Positions 52,073 to 61,497 of a stretch of 61,497 nt of DNA are shown here, in pieces. The notes under the pieces were generated by a model, which saw only the letters and a list, made by a program, of their open reading frames with translations, made no database searches and was not told where the DNA came from. The stretch is from Acanthaster planci (lineage: Eukaryota), in the NCBI RefSeq assembly GCF_001949145.1, contig NW_019091360.1, forward strand, positions 2,539,599-2,601,095. The letters run 5' to 3'. Made by a program: the position numbers and the translations under genes. The first letter of the stretch is position 1, and every line of letters begins with the position of its first letter.

Positions 52073-54484
52073 TTATTGAGTTTTTTAAAATGCTCCTAAT
52101 CGTGGGGTAGATCTCAAGCTGGGACCAGACCGTTGTTCCGTGCACGCCACAATTAATGTTGCCAAGCACTTGGAGCCGGCCATATGCACATAAATAAAAT
52201 GCCATGGTCATCACAATTACTTGTTACATAAAATTGAAATGCAAGGATTCAATTTACAAAAAAAGTCCATCAACATCGAACAAAAACAAGCCATTGATCG
52301 ATCAGACTGAAAGGAATAAACACTTCGTAAACTTTGCCAGGGATCATTAGTGGTTCTAGAACATTTAGATTTGCATAACTTCTGTTAGTATTTTTGGTTC
52401 GATATCATATCCCAAAGTGAATGTTGTTTATCTTGCTGTGGTTAGTGGTTAAAGTAGTCCAGGTATAAGGACATCCTTAACTCTGAAATTTATGGAAGAT
52501 AAAAATTTATGGCAATTTCCTTGTGTTGGAAAGTTTGAATGTCGAGACTTGTAATGAAGTCATGCAACCTCTCTTTAATTACATTTTCCGTAAAGACAGA
52601 ATTGACTTGGGACCAAGTTGACTTTTATATCAATGTCCAAAATTTCACTATTTAAGGGCTATAAATATCTCCCACACTGTACCGAAAAGGTTTTAGTTAT
52701 TTTTATCATGTTGCAGGAAAAAAGGAGGAAAAACATGCAAATCCCAGTAAAAGTGAATGAAGAGTTGCCCCTTTGGCCAGACGTGAGTGCAATAAATGGA
52801 ACAACCTCCGACCGCGAGAATATCAAAATGTTTCTTATGACATCCTCTCCAAGATCAGGTCAAAAAGAAAACAGAAAAAATACATGTAGCCCTAGGCCAG
52901 TTTAAAAATCTACAAGCCTGCCTAGCTGGGGCTACATGTAGGTCTATTTTCTTCATTTGCTCTCCTTCTTGGACTGGAGTTGCATAAATTGCATAGAATC
53001 ATGCTGCATTTGGCACGGCAAAGGGTACAAAGTGGGTCACAAAGGTACATGTATAACCCTCACAATGTATGCCCAACTTAGTGGCCAAATTCCAGACAAC
53101 AAGACTTGTGGTTGCACTACACCAAATACGCGCCCAAGGCCCCATTGAAAATAGTGCAAAATCGTACCAAATAGCGCCACCTGTTGACTCTTGGGAAGTG
53201 GTTGGCCTCTGGTTTTTCACTGGAAATTCAAGAGTATGGCTAGAAGTTCGTTTTTTTATTTCAATTTTATCGGGGTTAGCCACGCGATATCTCTATGATC
53301 CCTCCTGATTATGGCATGTCTTATTGTAATAACACTGTGGGATCACAAAATGTTAATGAGCTCGAGCGCAGAAATCCAACGATTTGCTGGAATGTGCCCT
53401 TGTCCGTCGTCACCATTGATAATGGAGATCAATGGTCGTCACACTTTAAAGTCACTTTGGTCCATTTCCACGTTGCCACATTTCCACTTCACCCCGTCGG
53501 TGCTTGAGCTGTTTGCCTCTCTAAAAGTGGGGAGCTCGGAGAGGGGTTTCCAAAAGGGCATGGAGGTTAACTCATTCACTCACTGTTAGCTACGTTGGTG
53601 AAATGAATAGTTGGCCTTGTATTGGGTTTACTGACATGTATTTCTCACCCTATGTTTCAAAGCGATACCAAATGATGTGAAGCTGTGAATTTAGGCCTAC
53701 ATGAAGTTACACAACTCATTGGATTAACGAATGAAACAAAAATGAATGTTTCCCCAAATGTCCTAAGTCCTCCTCCTCTTCTATTTAAAATTTTCATTCA
53801 AGAAATTTCAGAGTTTGAATTACTTTTGGGTAACAAACAGAACCAGGTACTGATAGGCTTATTAAAAAAACAATGAACCTAAATCGTACGATCTGTGCTT
53901 CATCTCTGGCGATTATTTGATTCTGGTGAATAAGTACATGTACATGCATGCAACCTACATGTATGGTCAAAATAGGCCTTGTCTATAAAGTAAATTGAAC
54001 ATTTGCCTTTGCAAGCTATCTGAAGCGGAACCTCTGACTTGGCTAGGTACTGTAGGATGGGTTACTCTATTACCGTGGTAGTTATCACATTTCCTGATCG
54101 AAATAAAGATTGCTGCTCACCTTCCTGAATTATCCTATCCTTGCTGTTGTTTAACTCTTACTTTTTAACTTGATTCATAAAATTTTGTTTGTGGTACAAT
54201 TTATTTTCCTCTACAATAGCTCAGAAAATCTATGCGCGCACTGTATGCCAGCGGAGGTGGAGTCTCTATTATCACGGTATCCAGAAATGGTTTCGACGGC
54301 CTTTAAAGCACTCTGTTTATAAAAGAATAAAGATAAATAGAATGATTTTGTTTTTAGAGGAACCAAATAGCCTCAGTTTGTGATAATGTTCCATTTTACT
54401 TGTAATAGACTCCAATTTTCCAGTCCCCTCCTTAAAGATGCCAAATGCCGAGAGAACGAGATGGGAACCATTGCACTGCCTCAC

Positions 54485-54649
54485 CTTGTTAAAGGAACCA
54501 AGAAAAGAATTTTTCTAGAATCACTTTTTTGTATCTCTGTGCTCTTCTTCCTTGTATGAAGACTATTTGACATCGTTTCAGAGTCAAGCAGAGGAAAGAA
54601 AGATGGCAGCCCCATACATTGCGAAAACGTTTCGTTTTCCTGCAAGAAT
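54485..54649 (-). other. putative internal exon of a minus-strand transcript
   Basis: Minus strand: tttgcttccag|...AAG|gtgagg. No recognisable protein. Confidence 0.45.
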
Positions 54650-55299
54650 CTGGAAGCAAATTTGTTTTTTTTAATTATTCTGTGGCAAGTGTTAGAGTCT
54701 TTAAAATATAATAAAACCACTTATACAATATGTAGAAGTTATTTTGAAGTTGTTAACAGGTTAACACTTTGTTGACGCTACTTAGTAGGCTTAATATGTG
54801 TGTTGACGCTTGCTGACGCCAAATAGCATGACCGCTCATTTTGTCTACAAAAAATACAGAGCATTTTCGCAGTTAAAACAGGCCTATGCCTTTAGGGTTT
54901 TAAACACCTTTGGCAATTCTGAAATTGACTTAATGGGAACCTACATGTAGCAATTGATATCCAAGGGCAGGGTGGCATTAGAACTGTAGAAATAACTGTT
55001 AAGGAGATAAACGGTAGGTCATGACAGACACGGTCAAGGAGAAATTACGAATTTCGGAGAAATTACGAATTTCGGAAAAATTGCATCTTTTATTTATTAA
55101 ATTTATCAAAACTTTTTACAGAAACATGTACAATTTTTCTCTCTGTTCCAATAAAACCTAGTAGGCCTATCCTCAGGCCATAAATTATTGATTAGGCCTA
55201 GGCCCCCTACCTGGGCGAATATCGCTGATTGGGAAATCACTGGCAATGAAAAATTCAAGCCTCTGTCACGTTTGTTCAACTAAAAGAAAAAAATGAAAG

Positions 55300-55730
55300 A
55301 TTTCGGTGGGGATGGGGCGAAGTGGAAACGGGGCGAAGTGGAAACGGGGCGAAGTGACCAAGACGACACCCGTCATCATGCTCGTCGTCACCATGCGGAC
55401 TTAAGTTTGCAAGTTTGTTCATGATTTTTATTGCCAATATAAGACACTTACCCCTTGAAAACAGATTCTTTTTCAAAATAATGAATGTATGTTTTTCAAA
55501 CTATTAAAACTGTTCCTTTTTAACTCACGTTTTCCTGCATTCCTGGAAAATCCACGAAAGACCAGATTCCGAAACGTCAATTTTTGTCCTTTCAAAATGG
55601 CGCGCGTGACTTTTTTTTTACAGCGCCCTCTATCGACTGTATCTACTACGCCCTCTAACAACCATCCAAACACAGCCCTTTCTTGAAAAATCGACTTAAA
55701 CGTGTTTTATTCCTCCGTGTTTCGTTAAAT
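55300..55730. promoter_or_regulatory. CpG-rich candidate promoter at the right edge of the TE domain
   Basis: CpG excess, YY1-like CAAAATGGCG at ~55593, CTCF-like motifs on the minus strand at 55622 and 55648, minus-strand donor GGG|GTAAGT at 55451. Confidence 0.4.
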
Positions 55731-56529
55731 TTTTAAATCAACTAAAACTAAAAAAAAAGATAAATAAAACACTCAGAACTTAATACATGAAGTAAAAGCA
55801 ATTTTAGATTTTTGTACCAAGTCTCTTGGAACTTGAAAACGTAACAGATTTTGTCTTTTTCAAAACTAAATTCATTCAGAAAATTCTTTTTCCAACTCAA
55901 AAAGTAAAACATTCCACCAAAAAATTAACATAAAAAGGAAACATACAAAAAGACAACATAACGTAACAAGGCTCTCCAATTGGTAAATATTCCATTTATT
56001 TTTTCTTTTTTCAACACAATACAAATAACCTCAGATAATGTGGTACATCCCAAAGCTCATAATTTCAACATGTGGGCACTTCTGCCCACATTTAACTAAA
56101 CTGAACCCCTTACCTTGAATTACAGCTGCTAAATGGCATGGGGGGGGGGATAAAGTTACCACTTTGTTTCAAGTTGATTGGGTATTCAGAGAGAAAGAAA
56201 TACATGAGGTAGACTAAAAACGACAATGGGACAGATGCTTTTTCACACCATAGGCTATCAAGGATTGACCCCAAGGTTTTTACAGTTTTACACACTCCAA
56301 AACCCTACAATGGCTTTTGTTTTCTCCCCAAAATGGAGGGCTGAAAATGAAATATTGTTGGACTTGTGTGGACTTGTGCAATTGACTCACTAAAATTGAG
56401 AAGAACAGACATGAATGGGCCGAAAAAGTAGGCAGAGCCCCATACCTACCACCACAGAGTGGTGATCTGAACTTTAAATCAATTTACCCATTGTACTTGT
56501 CACCTGCAACTACCTCTACTAATATCACA

Positions 56530-56950
56530 TCATATTCCACTCCACTATTACGAGAATATTCCACTCCACCATCACAAGAATATTCCACTCCACCATCACG
56601 AGAATATTCCACTCCACTATCACGAGAATATTCCACTTCACCATCATGAGAATATTCCACTCCACCATCATGAGAATATTCCACTCCACCATCACGAGAA
56701 TATTCCACTCCACCATCACGAGAATATTCCACGCCACCATCACAAGAATATTCCACTCCACTATCACAAGAATATTCCACTCCACCATCACGAGAATATT
56801 CCACTCCACCATCACGAGAATATTCCACTCCATTATCACATGAATATTCCACTTCAATATCACAAGAATATTCCACCCATTTTTACATGAATATCCCACT
56901 CCACCACCATGAGAATATTCCACTCCAATATGACACGAATATTCCACACC
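56530..56950. repeat. 24-bp minisatellite, about 17 copies
   Basis: Unit CCATCACGAGAATATTCCACTCCA with a palindromic GAATATTC core. Confidence 0.95.
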
Positions 56951-59900
56951 CAAATTACCACTAAAAATATAACCATGAAAGCACACTGTGCTACACAGTT
57001 CAGCCACTTCACAAATGCTGTTAAAAGTATTCCATGAATGAGTTCATGCATGTAAAAATATATAAAAAGTGGTACTAAGTCTACAACATACTTTCTGTAA
57101 ATACTTTTGTTATACACAGTATTACATAATCTGGTACTGTAATTACAAAAATATGACACACTAGTAGCTACCATTTTTAATTACACCGGATTTGTACACA
57201 TTGTAAGATTTTCACATCCTTAATTTGGCAAAGCTGCGCAGTTTCTGTTCCTTTGTACCCGGAGAACATCCTTTGGTTCAATGCCTAAGGAGAGCCATGA
57301 CGGGACATGCACTGTAACAAAGAATTCTGCAAACCTGGAGACAAAATGGCTTCCATGGGCAATAATGATGCAATTAAACACCATTTGGTGTCCGCGTTTG
57401 GGATACTGGTTGTCACTATCGTATTCATGGATATGGGCCACACAGTGGCCACAAAGCATTGGGAAGATTGAATAAAATGTATCTGCCTGTGCATATAACA
57501 TGAAAAGTTTATAACTGGCATCTCCTTGCTCACCAAAGATGAGTTTCAATGACGATTCCTGTCCAATGAGCACATTCACTGCATCCTGACTGGAAATCAA
57601 CTGCACAGAGAGTTAAAGAACACTTGGTGCTGAATCATTTATTACAAATACGGTACTCTTGTTTGTTTAATGATACTGCAAATCCACTAAATTTACATAA
57701 TTTATGCACAGGCACACCAAATAGGTTTCACAGGTGCTGAACTAATTAGCATAACATCCATACAAAAATAACACTGGCATGCAGTACACACAGCGCACTT
57801 AACCTTTGCAACTTTACATCACCTTCTGAAATACTGACAAAAAACAAAGCATTGATATTACAAATCATTCTTGACGATTAAAAATGAAATACATACGCAA
57901 AAACATGAATAGTCAATACATAACATAGATAAAAATTGAAATAATAGGATTATTGTTTCATAATCTGTAAGCATGCATAAGTTGATGGATTTCACTTTGA
58001 TTACCCCGTATGTAGGAAAAAGAACAAATTCAAATAATTTCCAATGTTCTCATTAAAGTTTTGTCCACAATACAACGTATTCCACAAGCGTCTGAACTGT
58101 CCTTGAATTTTATCCCCAACACCATAAGTTTTCTAAGCCAATTAGTGTCCTTTGAACTAAGGCATTACTGGAAAAACAAGAAGCACAGGGCTCGGTAGCT
58201 TCTAAGCCAAAAATTTAAATCCGACCACTTTTTTCTCTCTCTAACTGCATTTCCACATGGACATTTTAAACCGAGTACATATTCTCAAAAAATGTGAATA
58301 AATAAGTCTCTTAAATGATTCATTTCAGCCTCAAAATTTAAAAAAGAAAACCAGCCCAAAATAGGATATGTTTACATCATCGCCATTTCTGTTACTAATG
58401 CCACAAAGGTACAAAAGTGGAGCGGTGAGAACAAATTAAATGTAGCCAACTTTATCGTCAGTGACCCTCAAAAGAAGGCAGCTATTTGAATTTAAGCATC
58501 ATGTTCAACTGTTAAAAACAATGTCAGACACATCACTTGAATGTGTGATAACACATGGCACAGCAGATGGATAAATATACAAAACTGAGTTTAGAAAGAC
58601 ATATACAAACTTAAAAGCACCTGCGAACACAAGGCGTTTCCAATCAATCTAAAATAGGATTAAACAATGTCTCTCTGATGAGAGAAATCACATTGTCATA
58701 GTCCACGCATACTGAGATGGATTTAAATATAAATTTCAACTGGCAAACAATACAATAGTAAGTGCCCTCTCAGTAACACCCAAGAGGAAAGCCATCAGCA
58801 CTTGTTCATTTACTGTGTCAAAACGTTCAGCACTTGGGTCTTTGTTGAATATCTTCTCAGGAAATTCACCGGCAACAAATATCTCCAGATCAATGATTCT
58901 GCCAGAATTTTGGGTTACAGGATGAATCTGGTCTTGAGTGTTGTTAAAATGCTCCATCAAATTTGGATCATTCGATGTAAGAGGGTTTTTTTTTTTTACA
59001 GTTATGCCTGTTCAGCTGATGTTGACATAGTCTTTCAGTTCAAAAAGCATTAAAAGGAATTTCTAACCCGGCAAAGAAATAGAATGTCCAGTGATGCATT
59101 CAAGTTTTGTTATGCTAAAAACGCGGCACTATGTCACACTGATAGCAACAACAACCTTGTTTTCCATTACTGATTATATTTTGCACAGTATAGACATATT
59201 TTAACTGTAATTTACTGTAATTATATTGTAACTAATTTTCTAATTCTGTATGTCAATTTTTTTTTAAATCTCCTCAGATAAGTTAAAAGGAGCATCAACG
59301 TGTTTCCGAATTTTCCTATCCGGTTTAGCTATTTTATTTTTTTGTGAGTTTTTGCTTTAAATTTTCATGTATTTACTATGCTTTTCTTTTGTTATAGCCA
59401 GGAATACTTTCTCTTAGTTTTTTTGTACTGATTGTAATGTTAATTTCTTTGTAAATTCTGTGTAAAGTACGGAAAAAGATATTAAAATAAACAGAGTCTT
59501 CGAACTCTACAGAGAGAGAAAAAATTTCACTGGAATTGACAAGAAAATTTCTTTGTCAAGATCACTAAAAACTTGAGAGTTCCAAAGAAACAACTTTTTG
59601 GAATCAAAAGGTGTAGCACTGAAATGCAAAGCTTATTGTGTCCAATACATGGGATATCTTCACTATATTTGTCTTAATAGACATCTTAGCTCCAAGAAAA
59701 ACACCCTGCATGAATCTTGATTTTTCTCTGCACAAAACAGAATCTCTCAAATGTCTGAAAAATGTTGGGTTTCTTTTAAAGCGCCTACGGTACTACAGTG
59801 GGTACAATACAGCGCCATCTTCCTCGCAACGGGGGAACATTAGAAAAAAAAGATTTTTCAATTTTTTTCCTGAAACAAATTTTTAAAAACTCTTTTGTGA

Positions 59901-61497
59901 TTGAAGTAAATATATATATATCAACTTTTTGATGGTGTGCACTGTTAATAAATGCTGGGTTTTTTCCAGGAAATTTCAAAGAATTTCGTATTATACAGAT
60001 AACGAAATTCTCCATGACATTTCTTGAAAATGGAAGCACACACTGTCCCGCATGGAATCTGATTGGCAAAGTAAACCTCCTAGCACTTTGGCAAGAGCTG
60101 AGACGATAGCAGGGGCAAAAATGAGGATGAAAAAAATTTGAAGGAAAGTCAGTGGAATTGCCCTTTATTACAATTGTTCCCAAATCAGCTGGAACCGAGG
60201 ACGACTTAGAAAGGAGCAACTGTCAAAATATGTCATTAGTTTTTGTTTCTTACCTTATTGTGAGATTTTGGTGTTTCAATGGGATTCCTGATACCAATAA
60301 TCTAGAAAAAGTGCTGGGGTAATATTGTTTGAGCAACATTTGTACAGTATTTGAATGAATCTTTATTTTTTCCTTCAATCTTAAAAATCTTCACCTTCGA
60401 ACCTTTCTCTTTTTAAAGGTACAGTCCGTCATCTGCCACTGGTGCACTATGTTCGATTGAAGAAACAGAAGTGCTCAAAATCTAAAGAAAGGTGTCTTGC
60501 AACTACATGTGTAACCTTAAGTTTGAGCTCAGTGAATGCAGCATATACCAAGAAAAACAATATTCTATGATCTTGATTTTAACTAAACACTGTTGAGTTA
60601 TGTTTCTCCTCTCATTCAGGTGAATGAAGCTGTGTGACATTGTGCACTGTACTGATGAATTATTGCATCCATGTGCATGTTGTCAACAGTTGCACAAGCT
60701 TCACTGAATTGAAAACGAACTACTAATGGCAATTTCCATATGTGCATCTTTAGACACATTGCTGGAAATGGCCTTCTTTCATTTCTTTTTTTAAATGACA
60801 GCTTGCCTGAGAGAATTATTCCACAGGAAGTTTAGTCCTATGACCATCTTTAAACCGAGTATAACCAAGTAGTAAACCAACAATAATTTTGTCAATTACT
60901 CTGTGGACAGCTGCAACGGTGTGACTGTACCTTTAAAATTTCTGACTTTTTTGATGGTTAATTCTAAACTTCTTCAAAAAAGACGTTTAAAACGGTTGTA
61001 AAAAAACCACATTTTGCCCAAATGTGCATGATTTTGCAAACCTGTCAAAACTGGTTGAATATAAAGAACCGGAGATATAAAGAACCGGTCATTAGGAATG
61101 TAGAATTAATGGTAGTCCACTTTTCAACCTGGTTAATCAGTATCGGTCTGGTGTATCACATGAATACTGATGATGATTTGATAAACGGAAGATGAAGTTT
61201 TAAGGTCTGGACCAGGAAAGCCACATTGCGTCAGATACAATGTCACTCTGGCAAGGACCACTTTTGGAATTCAATTCAGATCAATAAAATGTACATTCAA
61301 AGATATACAAATCTAAAAGTTTTAACCGAGAAAGTTACACACACCTTTTTAAATGTCAATGTGATGTGAATGGGCAACCTCTTCTCTAGTTTAAGAACTT
61401 TAACAATACGAATGACATAGCTGTAGCAGAGCCAACATCTCAACTCACTGAATATTTCATCAAATATACACTCTCATCTGTTTGAGTCTTTCGGTGC

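Noticed and set aside
55038..55082. 18-bp tandem duplication (also short duplications near 31397 and 61059)
   Set aside because: Ordinary slippage-type duplications with no further structure.
56530..56950. CRISPR-like array
   Set aside because: Contiguous tandem units without unique spacers, no cas genes, eukaryotic context.

Overview
AT-rich animal (probably marine invertebrate) genomic DNA with no recognisable intact host protein-coding gene. Roughly 5-55 kb is a graveyard of decayed transposons: DIRS/Ngaro-type tyrosine recombinase and gag, several LINE pieces, a Penelope piece, two Gypsy/Ty3 remnants, a hAT-type insertion with an 8-bp TSD, MITEs and a tRNA-headed SINE-like repeat. It is organised around an ~10-kb imperfect palindrome (about 27.3-37.4 kb) whose centre is an inverted GC-rich minisatellite containing an N. 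The main pattern is a polarity flip. Every orientable retroelement remnant I found left of the palindrome centre is on the minus strand, and every one right of it is on the plus strand. Splice-site-bounded non-coding exons between ~4.4 and ~55.5 kb point the opposite way, inward from CpG-rich edges. This fits two convergent long non-coding transcription units antisense to TE fragments (uni-strand piRNA-cluster-like) meeting in a hairpin-forming palindrome. That function is inference and needs small-RNA/RNA-seq data. All alignments and translations were done by eye, and boundaries are approximate unless stated.
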